A stretch of 64,000 nucleotides of DNA from positions 6,400,001 through 6,464,000 of the forward strand of contig CBDCXR010000004.1 of the NCBI GenBank assembly GCA_965223845.1. The letters run 5' to 3'. This document shows positions 8,271 through 19,587 of this stretch, in pieces (within the stretch, counting starts at the first letter, position 1; every line of letters starts with the position of its first letter). A program made the position numbers and the translations under genes. The notes under the pieces are model-generated. The model saw only the letters and a list, made by a program, of their open reading frames with translations. It was not told the origin of the DNA and made no database searches. This DNA is from Planctomycetota bacterium. Its GTDB lineage: Bacteria; Planctomycetota; UBA8108; SXIK01.

Positions 8271-11200
8271 TCATCGCCCGCCGTAGAAGACCGACGCGTT
8301 TCGGCTTTCGCGGTTCGTCGTGATGAGATCGAGCTCGCCGTCGCCGTCGAGATCGACCGCTTCGAGGTCGACGGGGGCGTCCATCGCGGGGTCGCCGAGC
8401 TCGACGTGTACCGGATCCGCTCCGTCGCGCGTGAGGAGGGCGACGACGCTCGAGGGGAGGTCTCCCGCGAACGCTACCGCTACGTCCGCCCGTCCGTCCG
8501 TGTCGAAGTCGCCCGTCGCGACCGCGGTCGGCTCTCTTCCTTCTTCGGGAGGAGCGAGGTACGTGCCCGTCGAGAACGTTCCGTCGGCGCCTTGCGCGAG
8601 GAGCGACACGCTGTTCCCCGTCGTGTTCGCCGTCACCACGTCGAGCCTTCCGTCGCCGTCGATGTCCGCGGCCGCGAGCGACACCGGCCGATCTCCGGAT
8701 TCGAGCGCGATCGTCTGCGCACCCGCACCCTGGAGAAAGATGCCGACTTCTTCGGAGCGGTGATAGGCGACCACGATATCGATCCGTCCGTTGCGATCGA
8801 GGTCTTCCGCGAGGAGCGCGATCGGTCCTTCGGCCCCCTCGGCGGGCACGAGGGCATCGGCGACCTCGAGAAAGCTTCCGTCTTCCTGCTGAAGAAGAAG
8901 GTGAAGCGTGTTTGAGATGCGACCCGCAGTGACGATGTCGAGAAGTCCGTCGCCGTTGTGATCGGCGACCGCGAGCGCCTGCGGCCCGACGAGGTTCGCC
9001 GGGCTGAGGATCGTCGTTCCCGCGGTGAAGGTCCGATCCTCGGCCTGTGCGATGATCGCAAGGTTGTTCGAGTCGGCGTTTGCGGTGATGACATCGGGGA
9101 AGTTATCGCCGTTGATGTCGGCCACCGCGACCGCCATGGGTCCGAGCGCTTCGGCGGGGAAGTCGATCACGACGGTCTCGAACGTTCCGCCGCCTCCCGG
9201 CGACGAACAGACGAGGGCGTTCGCCTCGCGGTGGACGGTCACGATCTCCGTGTAGTTGCCGCCGTTGATGTTTGCGATCGTCGAGGCGCTCGGGCGCGAC
9301 GGTGGATCGAAGTCGCTCCGCTCCGCGTCTCCAGTGAAGCTCCCGCGCGTGTCTTCGCGGTAGACGACGATCGCGCTCGCCGGACCGGGATCGCCCGCGC
9401 GCTCGACGTGCTCGAAGGAAACGATGTCGAGCGAACCGTCTGCGTCGAGGTCGACGACGGCCGGTGCTCCGCGCGCCATCGTCGTTTCTGCACCGGCGAT
9501 CGGATGGGAAGAGTACTCTCCCTCGGCATTCGGTAGAGCGACCTCGAGCGCCGACGAATCTTCGTCTTCGTTCGTGACGACGAGACCGCGGAGGCCGCCG
9601 CTGCCACCGGGGAGGGCGGCGATCGCGGAGGCTCCCGTGGCCGCGCGCCCGAGAAGACTCGAATCGGCGGACACGCCTCCTCCCTCGACCCCTGCGTGGA
9701 CGAGGATCTCGCCGCTGTCGGCGATGAAGACCGCGTCGTTCCGCCCGTCGCCATCGACGTCGGCGATCGACGCTCCGACGACGGCGCCGCTCACGTTGAG
9801 GGACGCCACGTCGAAACCGCCGTCGACGCGAGTGAGGACCGCCGCTTGATTAGAGGCTCCGGCGAGAAGATCGCTGCGATCGTCACCGCCGAGCGATCCG
9901 ACGGCGAGCGTGGTGTAGACTCCGGCCGGCAAATCGTGAGCGCAGGCGACGTAGCCGTCATCCTCGTCCGCGCAGCCGTCCTCGGCGGGCGCGCCGCCGC
10001 TCTTGTGGAACACGATGACGCGCGGATCGTCGTCGTCCTCGAGAACCGCGAAATCGATGTCGTCATCGCCGTCGAAATCGGCGGCGACGATGTCGGCCGG
10101 ACTGCTCAGCTCGACGTTTGCGCCGAGATACCGGCGATCCGTGAAAAAATCGCGTCCCTCGAGCTGGTGAATCACGATCAATCGGCCGTTGCCGCGCGAT
10201 GTCGTCGCGACGTCCGCGAGTCCGTTGCCGCTGAAATCGCCCACGACGATGCCCGAAGGATCATCGAGGCTGGCGTCGGGGAGGCGGAGAACATCGTAGC
10301 GACCGGGTTTCGTCTGCAGGAGGGCGACCACGGTGTTCGTCCCGCGCGCGGCATAGACGATGTCGAGGCTCGTGTCGTCGTCGAAGTCGACGACGGCGAC
10401 CGGACCGGGAAGATCTTGGGGCGGGACGCCGATCGACTCGGAGACCGCGTAGGGTCCCAGTGTCTCTTTCGGCGTCTCGTTCGCGTCGGCGATCCCGCGC
10501 GCACCGCGGGCAACCTCGGGTTCGTCGTTGAGTGCGATCAGCCCGCAGCCGTCGTCCGTTGCGTCCGCCGCGCGATCAAAGGGGGTGAAGCGAAAGCGGA
10601 CGTCGCCGCCGCCGGGGAGATCGGTCTCACTGTCCCAAATCCAGAGGTGCGGGATCCCCGCGGCGCTCGACGAGAGGTAGGTCGTCGAGGAGAGATCGAC
10701 TTCGACGATCGCGCCCGGGGTCGGCGGCGGGTCGAACGGAACGTCCACGAAGACGGTGCCGCGATCCTCGAAAAACTCGCAGATGCGCCGCTCTTGCTCG
10801 ACGGAGCCGTCGGCCGCGAGAATTCGAAGCGTGTGCCCGACGAGAAAGTCCTTGTCGACGATGCCGCCCAGCTCCTCCGTAGCGAGGATCCACGTGGCGA
10901 GGAGTCCGTCGGCGGACACTTCGACGCCGATGGGCTCCTCCACGATTCCGCGGAGCGCGTCCGGCGCGAAGGTTGCAATCTGCAGTGCTCGCCGCTGCTC
11001 GGGCGACGCTAGAGCCTCCTCGCGGAGTGCGCTGCTCTCGTCGAAGTCGGCGGGCAGCTCAGGGAAATCGTCGCTCCCGGTCGCCCACTGCGCGAACACG
11101 TCCACCGGGTTCTGCTCGCGATCGACGACGCGTACGCGTACGGCGATTCCGCGGCGCTGGTCGAGATCGCTCGCGAAGTCTTCCCCGAGGAATTCGATCC

Positions 11201-12056
11201 GCGGCGAAGCGTTGCCATCGACGTCGAGCGGGAGATCGACCGGCGCGCCCATCTTTCCCGTTTCGCCGGGAATGACGTCGATGGGCACGAGTCGCAGCAC
11301 CGCGGGTCGGTCGAGTCGGCCGATGTCTTGGCGATTCAGCCATTCGAAGGAGTGCATTCCGCCGTTGTCGGCCGTCGAGAGGTTGCGCGTTTCGCCGTCG
11401 GTCGTCGCGATGGCGAAGGCCGGCTCGGGCTCGCCGTCGACGATCGGCTCCAGAGTGAACGACGCCATCACGTCGACGGGGTCGAACGCGGAGTCGACGA
11501 GCGTGACGTCGACCGTCACATCGCCGCCGGGTTCCTGCGAGGTCATCGCCTCGGCGATCTCCGGCGCGTCGTTGCCGACGAGAACCTGTACCTCCAGCGG
11601 TTCGTCAAACTCGCCGCTGAAGCGGAGGCGCACGCGGTGCTGAGTGTCGTCGCCGAGGTCGGCGAGCGCGTCCCAGCCGATGGCGTGAACGACGCCCGTC
11701 GCCGAGGTCGGAAGACCGGAGAACGCGCCCGGACCCGAGGTCGACCCAGGAAGCGGACTGCGGAGGGTGATCGGCGAGAAGTCGCCGCCCGCGTCGAGAT
11801 CGCGGTACTCGATCGTGAGGGGTGCCGGTCCGCGTTCGCGCCGGAGGCGAACGCGGACCGTCGCATTCGCCGGCATCGACCGGGCGTTGTCGATCCCTTC
11901 GAAGTCGATGAACGCCGGCCCGACGGCGCCGCCGCTTCCCCCGCCACCGCCTCCGCCGTCATCGAGAAGGAGGAGTAGGAGCAGCGCGCCGCTGTTGCAA
12001 CCCGAGAGCGCGAGCGGAAGCAGCGCGAGCAAGAGAAGAGTCCGTGTCCGTTTCAT
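8271..12056 (-). CDS. Large lipoprotein with FG-GAP/VCBS repeats
   Basis: Lipobox LALSGC; more than ten repeats such as ADFDGDDDIDFAV, ADINGDNFPDVITAN, ADIDGDGRLDVVTAN, VDLDGDGELDLITTN. Confidence 0.9.
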   Translation of the reverse strand: MKRTRTLLLLALLPLALSGCNSGALLLLLLLDDGGGGGGGSGGAVGPAFIDFEGIDNARSMPANATVRVRLRRERGPAPLTIEYRDLDAGGDFSPITLRSPLPGSTSGPGAFSGLPTSATGVVHAIGWDALADLGDDTQHRVRLRFSGEFDEPLEVQVLVGNDAPEIAEAMTSQEPGGDVTVDVTLVDSAFDPVDVMASFTLEPIVDGEPEPAFAIATTDGETRNLSTADNGGMHSFEWLNRQDIGRLDRPAVLRLVPIDVIPGETGKMGAPVDLPLDVDGNASPRIEFLGEDFASDLDQRRGIAVRVRVVDREQNPVDVFAQWATGSDDFPELPADFDESSALREEALASPEQRRALQIATFAPDALRGIVEEPIGVEVSADGLLATWILATEELGGIVDKDFLVGHTLRILAADGSVEQERRICEFFEDRGTVFVDVPFDPPPTPGAIVEVDLSSTTYLSSSAAGIPHLWIWDSETDLPGGGDVRFRFTPFDRAADATDDGCGLIALNDEPEVARGARGIADANETPKETLGPYAVSESIGVPPQDLPGPVAVVDFDDDTSLDIVYAARGTNTVVALLQTKPGRYDVLRLPDASLDDPSGIVVGDFSGNGLADVATTSRGNGRLIVIHQLEGRDFFTDRRYLGANVELSSPADIVAADFDGDDDIDFAVLEDDDDPRVIVFHKSGGAPAEDGCADEDDGYVACAHDLPAGVYTTLAVGSLGGDDRSDLLAGASNQAAVLTRVDGGFDVASLNVSGAVVGASIADVDGDGRNDAVFIADSGEILVHAGVEGGGVSADSSLLGRAATGASAIAALPGGSGGLRGLVVTNEDEDSSALEVALPNAEGEYSSHPIAGAETTMARGAPAVVDLDADGSLDIVSFEHVERAGDPGPASAIVVYREDTRGSFTGDAERSDFDPPSRPSASTIANINGGNYTEIVTVHREANALVCSSPGGGGTFETVVIDFPAEALGPMAVAVADINGDNFPDVITANADSNNLAIIAQAEDRTFTAGTTILSPANLVGPQALAVADHNGDGLLDIVTAGRISNTLHLLLQQEDGSFLEVADALVPAEGAEGPIALLAEDLDRNGRIDIVVAYHRSEEVGIFLQGAGAQTIALESGDRPVSLAAADIDGDGRLDVVTANTTGNSVSLLAQGADGTFSTGTYLAPPEEGREPTAVATGDFDTDGRADVAVAFAGDLPSSVVALLTRDGADPVHVELGDPAMDAPVDLEAVDLDGDGELDLITTNRESRNASVFYGGR

Positions 12057-12152
12057 TCATCACTCCGCGATTCTTACGGCCGAACCATCGTCCGGCCCGC
12101 GTGTGGATTCGATTGCGAGGTTCACCGGGTAGCGGTGGGGCGCCGACGGCGG

Positions 12153-13325
12153 CTACTTGATGAACAGCATCGTGCGGCGAATTTGCTCGCCGTTTTCGTG
12201 CACCATCAACACCTTGACGAGATTCGCTCCGCCCGCGACCGGAATCGCGGTCGGGACGAGGAGGCGAACGTACTCGTTTTGATCCTTGAGGGCCGCGAAC
12301 TCCCGCGCGAGAGCGTCGAGCTCGTTGTCGCTCGCGCGCCACGTGACCGCCGGCACTGAGGGCGAGAGCCGCGCGATCTCGAGACGGCGGAGCCGTCCGC
12401 CGTGGCGGTTCGCGATGCCGAGCTCGAGATCGATCTCATCGCCCGGGACGAGCTCGAGTGGATTGGGCGTGAGAAACACTACGGCGAGCGGCTTCACCCA
12501 GTCTTCCGAGAGGAGCTGATCACGCAGCGACTCACCGAGCTGGGCGCCGAGATCGCTGTGCACCGCCTCGGTGAGAAATCCGCTCAGTCGATTCGGCGAC
12601 GCGCCGGGTGCGACGACCATCGGCGGAACGACGATCGTCAGAAGAAAGTCGGTGGTCTCCTGCGTCCGATCCCAGAGGCTGCTCCCCTGGGGACTCGTGC
12701 TGAAGGACGCGGGCGAGTCAAACGCCGGCACGTCTCCGCCGCCGTTCAGCCAGCGCCGCACTCGCGACTGGTGGAGATCGAGTCTCTCGACGGTGAGGTT
12801 CGCGGGTGCGTCGAACTGAACCGTCGGTACGAACCACGACGGAAATCCTCCGAAGATGAACGTAAACACTTCGAGGGTTCCCCAGGCCGCGGAGCGCGAA
12901 TACTCCGTGTACTCGTCCTCGGTCTCGAATCCGACGGCGAGGAGGAGATCGAGTCCTTCCGCTTCTCGGATCGCGTCGCTCCGATTCCTTGCCGAGAGGA
13001 CCTCGACTTGGCTCACGATCGGGTTGTCGATCGAGATGACGTGCTTGAGCGCGCCGAGGAGCGCTTCATCGTCGCCGCGGTAACGCACCTTCGGGGTTTC
13101 GGCGTCATCCCCCGCGGGAATTCGGTACGGGAGACGTTCGGTGTCGAGATAGATCCCGACGTGGTACGGCAGGGGACCGCGCTCCTGCGCAGCATCGGGG
13201 TGAATCTCTGCTCCGGCGCATCCGGCGAGGAGCACGATCGCTCCGAGCCAGAGCCGGGCGAGCCCGGCCGTCGGCGTACTGTGCACTGGTTTTCTCCTCG
13301 GGACGGCGGGCTCCGTCCGCGGCAT
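12153..13325 (-). CDS. Hypothetical lipoprotein
   Basis: Lipobox VLLAGC; coding-like composition; co-oriented with the FG-GAP lipoprotein; start uncertain (ATG 13325 chosen). Confidence 0.7.
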   Translation of the reverse strand: MPRTEPAVPRRKPVHSTPTAGLARLWLGAIVLLAGCAGAEIHPDAAQERGPLPYHVGIYLDTERLPYRIPAGDDAETPKVRYRGDDEALLGALKHVISIDNPIVSQVEVLSARNRSDAIREAEGLDLLLAVGFETEDEYTEYSRSAAWGTLEVFTFIFGGFPSWFVPTVQFDAPANLTVERLDLHQSRVRRWLNGGGDVPAFDSPASFSTSPQGSSLWDRTQETTDFLLTIVVPPMVVAPGASPNRLSGFLTEAVHSDLGAQLGESLRDQLLSEDWVKPLAVVFLTPNPLELVPGDEIDLELGIANRHGGRLRRLEIARLSPSVPAVTWRASDNELDALAREFAALKDQNEYVRLLVPTAIPVAGGANLVKVLMVHENGEQIRRTMLFIK

Positions 13326-13840
13326 CCGGTGGGTCCTTGGCGATACGATCGTTCGCGAGCACGAGTCGTCGCTCGAGTCCTTCCGCCGGTCCGGGGTGCG
13401 CCGCGCGGCGATCGGTCGTTCGCGACCGAACACACAACTCAAGCGGCGGTCTCGTTTCACACAACAACACCCGGATCGTAGGCGTACGAAACGCTACGGG
13501 GCGAGATTGGATTGGCGGTGTTCGGGACCCAGGCTCGACGCGGATCGACATCGGCTCGAAGCGTCGGTGTAAGCTCTATGATGCTGCATCGCTCGAGCGA
13601 TGTCGACCCACCCGATAGCCACCGGTTGAAAAACCGATGCGGGCGAAAACTCCACGCGAAACCTCGAGTGCCATCGAGCCGGTTTGTGCCCGCGGAGGCT
13701 CGAATCGACGGAGCGCTAGCGGACTCGCCGCAACATCCACCTAACTTAAGCCGGTATCATCGCCGCCGTGCAGCCGTGCGCGTTGACCGCTGCACGGTCG
13801 ATCGGCGGCCGCGCCGAAGAATCGAACGAAGGGGAACCGC

Positions 13841-14476
13841 ATGCCGCGTGAACGCGCGAGACTCGTCGTCGTCGTGACCGCGATCGGTCTCGCGGCGTTC
13901 GCGGTCGCCGTGGCATTCCGGTGGGATGCGCTCGCGACGCGTTACTACGAGCTCCGCTTCCGTTCGAATCCTCGCGAGCTCGTCGACTGGCTCGATTCGC
14001 CGAGCGACACTCCCCGCGGCGCGGCGGTGGCGTCGGTTGCCGCGACCGCCCCGGGTCGCCACGCTCTCCTCCGAGCGTTCGCGGAGCACCTCGCGGAGGA
14101 GGTCGACCATCGCGAGTCCCCCGTCGTCGCCGCGCTCACGATCAACGGCGGACGCCGCATGTGGTTCGACACGAGCTACTCGGGTCGCAAACTCGAGCCG
14201 GGGGAGACGTACTGCGATCGACACGGAGTCGCGCGATCGCTCCGCGCGTGGTTGCCCTCGCTCGTGGGGGAGACATTCGATCACGAGGACGCGCCGGGAT
14301 ACGAGTTGCAGGTGCTCGCGTGGGAGTCGGCCGCCGAGCTCCACCGTCGACCGGTTTCGGATGACGAAGCGGGCACGATCTTCTGGTTCGGCGGTGATCG
14401 ATCGCACGTTCTCCAGGTCCGCCCGCGAGCGCCGGAGGGCGAACGCGCGCGAGCGCAAGAAGGAGCGAGTCCGTGA
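13841..14476 (+). CDS. Hypothetical protein with N-terminal membrane anchor
   Basis: RBS gaaggggaa; hydrophobic LVVVVTAIGLAAFAVAVAF; stop overlaps next start (GTGA). Confidence 0.65.
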   Translation: MPRERARLVVVVTAIGLAAFAVAVAFRWDALATRYYELRFRSNPRELVDWLDSPSDTPRGAAVASVAATAPGRHALLRAFAEHLAEEVDHRESPVVAALTINGGRRMWFDTSYSGRKLEPGETYCDRHGVARSLRAWLPSLVGETFDHEDAPGYELQVLAWESAAELHRRPVSDDEAGTIFWFGGDRSHVLQVRPRAPEGERARAQEGASP

Positions 14477-15621
14477 GTTGGGATGCGATCGTCATCGGTG
14501 CGGGAGGAATCGGGAGCGCGACGCTAGACGCACTCGCTCGCCGCGGCGGGCGCGTTCTCGGGATCGATCGCTTTGCGCCACCTCACGATCGCGGAAGCTC
14601 GTACGGCGAGACGCGCATCTTTCGCAAGGCCTACATGGAGCATCCCGACTACGTGCCGCTCGCGCGCCGGTCGGAAATCCTTTGGCGCGAGCTCGAAGAG
14701 CGGACCGAAACGCGTCTGCTTCACCGACCGGGACTTCTTCAAGTCGGCCCATCGGAGGGCCCGGTGATCCGCGGAGTTCGCGCGAGTGCGACCGAGCACG
14801 CACTCGATGTCGACGAGCTCGGCGCCCCCGAGCTGCGGCGTGAGTTCCCGGGATTCTCGTTCGAGGAAGGAAGCGTCGGACTCTTCGAGCGCGACGCGGG
14901 CTACCTCGAGGTCGAAGCGTGCATCCGGTGCGCGCTCGACGAAGCGGAGAAAGCGGGTGCCCGCCTCGCAGTCGACGAGCGTGTTCTTCACTGGGACGCC
15001 GACCGAGACGGGGTCTCGGTCGAAACCGATCGAGCACGGTATCGCGCGGACCGACTGATCGTCGCGGCGGGCGCCTGGGCACCGGAGCTCCTCGCGAAGC
15101 TCGGGGTCGAGTTCGAAGTCCGGCGGAAGGTGCTGCTCTGGTATCGAAGCACGCGGGCCGAGCACCGAGTCGATCGAGGCATGCCGACCTTCCTCATCGA
15201 GACGACCGGAGAGCGGCTCTTTTACGGCTTTCCCGTCATCGACGGCGAATCGCTCAAGGTCGCCGAGCACACGGGCGGGGTGCAGGTCGGCGATCCGCTC
15301 GCCGTCGATCGCGAGGTCGGAGATGGCGATCGCTCCCCCGTCGAAGCGTTCTGTCGCGAATCGCTCCCCGGCGTTACGAGCGAGCTCCTCCGCTCGAGCG
15401 TGTGTCTCTACACCATGACGCCGGACGAGCACTTCGTCGTCGATCGACATCCGAGCACGCCGCAGGTCGTGATTGCGGCCGGTCTATCGGGACACGGCTT
15501 CAAGTTCGCGCCCGCGCTCGGAGAGGCCCTCGCCGATCTCGCCCTCGAGGGCCGAACGTCGTTTCCGGTCGAGTTTCTGTCGCTCGCGCGATTCCCCGGG
15601 TCGGAACACCGTCGCGACTGA
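14473..15621 (+). CDS. solA: N-methyl-L-tryptophan oxidase / monomeric sarcosine oxidase family flavoprotein
   Basis: VIGAGGIGS, HDRGSSYGETRIFRKAY, SVCLYTMTPDEHFVVD (covalent FAD Cys), GLSGHGFKFAP. Confidence 0.9.
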   Translation: MSWDAIVIGAGGIGSATLDALARRGGRVLGIDRFAPPHDRGSSYGETRIFRKAYMEHPDYVPLARRSEILWRELEERTETRLLHRPGLLQVGPSEGPVIRGVRASATEHALDVDELGAPELRREFPGFSFEEGSVGLFERDAGYLEVEACIRCALDEAEKAGARLAVDERVLHWDADRDGVSVETDRARYRADRLIVAAGAWAPELLAKLGVEFEVRRKVLLWYRSTRAEHRVDRGMPTFLIETTGERLFYGFPVIDGESLKVAEHTGGVQVGDPLAVDREVGDGDRSPVEAFCRESLPGVTSELLRSSVCLYTMTPDEHFVVDRHPSTPQVVIAAGLSGHGFKFAPALGEALADLALEGRTSFPVEFLSLARFPGSEHRRD

Positions 15622-15752
15622 AGTCCGCCGCGCCGCGCAGGCGTGGCTCGCGGGCCGAGGCCATTGAGGACTCGGCGGCAGTCACTCCGCCACGGCTCGC
15701 TTCGCGCGAGCGGAGCTAGATCACGAACCACCGCGGCCAGCGGGTTCAGAGT

Positions 15753-16535
<783 letters not shown>

Positions 16536-17028
16536 GTTCGTCTCCGAAGGCGATGCGGTTGGGAGGTCGGCGGACAGAGAGCCGCCTCGCCCTCTCATCG
16601 TAGTCGGAGGTTCCGCCGGCGGCCAGCAGTCATCCGGGAATTGAGCCGTGCGCGCGGTGTCCACGAGCTGGACAGCGGAAGGTCGTTCTCGCCGCTTATC
16701 GGCCCGTCTTTCGACGGATTCTCGGAAGCGACCTACACTTCCGAGGGCCAAGAGCCCGGGTTTTCGCGATCCCGCGTCTCGAGCGTGGATCCTCTTCGCG
16801 GAGACCGCGGCCGGTTCCGCAGAAGTTCGAGCTCGGTCGGGAAGGGCCGGATCGAGAGGGGTAGCCGTTCGTTGAAAACCCATTCGGCTGAGCACCAGGA
16901 CCGCTCACGCCGAGGTTCGCCGCGAGTCGCGGAGTCCGCCTGCATTTGTGATCTGCACGCAGACGAGCTGGTTCTCGACTCGAAGCACTTTTCAACGAGC
17001 TTCTAACGCAAAGAGAGAGGGTAGAGAG

Positions 17029-19587
17029 ATGCTCGGTCTGTTCGGCTCGGCGTATCACGGAAAGACGAATCGGCACGCGAGCACGGGAACGTGCGAATCG
17101 TGCGGAGAAACGGGACAACTCGCGAGCTACGACACGAAGGCCTACGGCGTACTCTTTACCGTTCCCGTCGTGTCGCTCGGGAAGAAGCACATCGCGGACG
17201 AATGCCGGTCCTGCGGATCTCACCGAACGACGAAACTGAGCGTCTGGGAGCGGGAGCGCGAGGAAGACATCATCGGCGCGCTCGGCGCGCTGCGGCAGAA
17301 TCCGCGCAGCGCCGAGGCGGCCGCTCGAGCGATCGGGGTGGCTCTCGAGTACTTCGATCTCGAGTCGCTCGAGGTCGTCGACACGCTGGTGGGCGAAACG
17401 GCGACGGCGTCCGTCGATCGTTCGCTCGGACTCGCGTACGCCGACCTCGGTCGGATGGAGAAGAGTGTCGAAGTCCTCCGGCGAGCTAAGGCGCGAGAGG
17501 ACTCTCCGGAAACGCGGGAGGCACTTGCGCGCACGTACCTCAATCTCCATCGACCCGTCGAGGCGGCTGCTCTTCTCCGGCACATCTTCGAGGAGCCGAA
17601 CGAACGCGGCTGCGGGATCGCGCTCCAGCTCGTCGAGGCGTATCAGACGCAGGGGCTCCATGATGACGCCCTCGCGACGCTCGAGCGAATCGCGGCGACC
17701 TGGCCGGACGTCGCGCGCGGAGAGGAGTACGCGCGATGGAAGAACATCTCCGAGCGGCATCGCGAATCGGGAAAGCGCATCGCAGCGAAAACGCTCACGC
17801 CGGGACGCGCGACGCTCGAGGATGAGCCCGACACCTCGAGCGCGTGGTCGCGAGTTCTCGGACCGGCGCTGGCGATCGTTTTCGTGTCGGCCTACTGCTG
17901 GTACGCCCATCACCTCGGTGAGAACCGCGAGCTCCATCTCATCAATGGAACCGGCGTCGCGTACGCGGTGTCCGTCGGCGGTGATGAGCGCAAGCTCCCG
18001 CCTCACTCGCGGACGACGATCCCCGTCGCCGAAGGCGATACCGAAGTGCGCGTCGTCGATTCGGCGCTCGATCTTCCACCGGTCGTGTGTTCGATCTCGA
18101 CCTCGTTCTTTCTCCGCCCGATCTACAATCCGATCTACATCGTCAACCCGGATCGATCGGCGATCATGATCCACGAGCGCGGGGTGTATACACGGGCGGG
18201 CGATGGCGAAACGACGTGGGATCTGCACGTCGGTCAGGGGTTCTACTCGTGGCCCGATGTCGACTGTCACTTCCGCGAATTGCCGGAAACCGTTTACGTG
18301 CGAAGGCGGAATAGCGCGACACGGATTCGGGTGGATCAGCTTCGGGAAGAGAGAGGTCACGCGATCGCGATCCTCTTTCAGTACAACGTCGAGGCCGCGC
18401 GAGAGTATCTGAGAAACGCGCTTCGCATCGAACCGAACGATCCCGAGTTGCTGACTCCCCTCGAGACGACCATGCCTCCGGACGAGGCGATCGCGATCTG
18501 CGATCGAGTTCGTCCCGAGCGACCGGTCTACGTGCACGCGCATCGAACCTATCAGCGACTTCTCGACCGTCATCAACCCGATGTCGATCTCGAGGCGGAG
18601 TATCGGGAGATTCTCTCCGAGGAGCCGGATGACCGAGCGCTTCGTTACCTCGCGGCGATGGTGACGACGCACGGGGAGTCGGCGAAGCGACTGCTTCGAA
18701 GTGCGCTCACGGGTTCGGATCCCTGTCCGGAGGCGGCCGTGGAGGTCGCGTTTCGAGCGCTGTGCGCGGGCAAGAACGAGGCCGCACTCAGCGTCGTCGC
18801 GAAGGCGCGAACACTCGGAGCTTCGGGGTACCGACTCGATCTCGTCGAGTCGGCCGGCCGACTCGCGACCGAGCAGTGGGAACCGCTCCTCGACGAATGT
18901 CGCGCTGAGAGGGCTCTGCGTCCGCTCGACGCCGACCTCGCGATCCGAGAGATCGATCTCCTCGTCCGACTCGGGCGTTCCGAGGCGGCTCGGGCCATCC
19001 CGGAAGCGTACGTGGTCGCCGCGAGGAACAACGGCGCCGACGCGTCGGTCAATCGCTGGAACCGCGGTTACCTCGCGAGCGAAGTCGCGTACCGAAGCGG
19101 TGACTACGAGGCAGCCTGGGGACTCGTCGCGGGACTCGAAGACGCCTACATACAGTTTCGAGCGGCGCTCTCGATCGGAAAGGTCGCCCGTGCGAGCGAG
19201 CAGCTCCTCGAGAGCGGAATCGAAGATTTCGATGATCACGTCGCGGTCTATCTGATCGCGAGCCGAGAGAAGTTTGACGAGCTCGGGCGCCGACATCTTC
19301 GCGTCGCGACACGAGATCTTCGCGCGCGCGGCGGGACGTTTCGGCAGTTCGCCGAGTGGCTCGAAGGAAATGAGGCGCCGGCGCTCGACGAGGTCGTCGA
19401 CGCTCCGCTCCGGCCGCACTTCAAGCGGATCGTGGTCGCGGCACTCGGCGTGCGCTTTCCCCGCGCGGCGGACGGGTTCTTCAAGCTGGCGGCAAAGCTG
19501 AACTTCGCGCGCGGATTCCCGCACCACGCGGTCGCCGCGGTCGCGGGAGAGCATCGCCCGGTTCGAGTGGGCGAGTTGGGGAACTAG
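17029..19587 (+). CDS. Zinc-ribbon + TPR membrane protein
   Basis: N-terminal MLGLFG...CESCG...YGVLFTVPV...CRSCG (zinc_ribbon_15-like); TPR-like helices; TM VLGPALAIVFVSAYCWYA; more TPR-like repeats distally; purine-rich RBS before ATG 17029. Confidence 0.8.
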   Translation: MLGLFGSAYHGKTNRHASTGTCESCGETGQLASYDTKAYGVLFTVPVVSLGKKHIADECRSCGSHRTTKLSVWEREREEDIIGALGALRQNPRSAEAAARAIGVALEYFDLESLEVVDTLVGETATASVDRSLGLAYADLGRMEKSVEVLRRAKAREDSPETREALARTYLNLHRPVEAAALLRHIFEEPNERGCGIALQLVEAYQTQGLHDDALATLERIAATWPDVARGEEYARWKNISERHRESGKRIAAKTLTPGRATLEDEPDTSSAWSRVLGPALAIVFVSAYCWYAHHLGENRELHLINGTGVAYAVSVGGDERKLPPHSRTTIPVAEGDTEVRVVDSALDLPPVVCSISTSFFLRPIYNPIYIVNPDRSAIMIHERGVYTRAGDGETTWDLHVGQGFYSWPDVDCHFRELPETVYVRRRNSATRIRVDQLREERGHAIAILFQYNVEAAREYLRNALRIEPNDPELLTPLETTMPPDEAIAICDRVRPERPVYVHAHRTYQRLLDRHQPDVDLEAEYREILSEEPDDRALRYLAAMVTTHGESAKRLLRSALTGSDPCPEAAVEVAFRALCAGKNEAALSVVAKARTLGASGYRLDLVESAGRLATEQWEPLLDECRAERALRPLDADLAIREIDLLVRLGRSEAARAIPEAYVVAARNNGADASVNRWNRGYLASEVAYRSGDYEAAWGLVAGLEDAYIQFRAALSIGKVARASEQLLESGIEDFDDHVAVYLIASREKFDELGRRHLRVATRDLRARGGTFRQFAEWLEGNEAPALDEVVDAPLRPHFKRIVVAALGVRFPRAADGFFKLAAKLNFARGFPHHAVAAVAGEHRPVRVGELGN

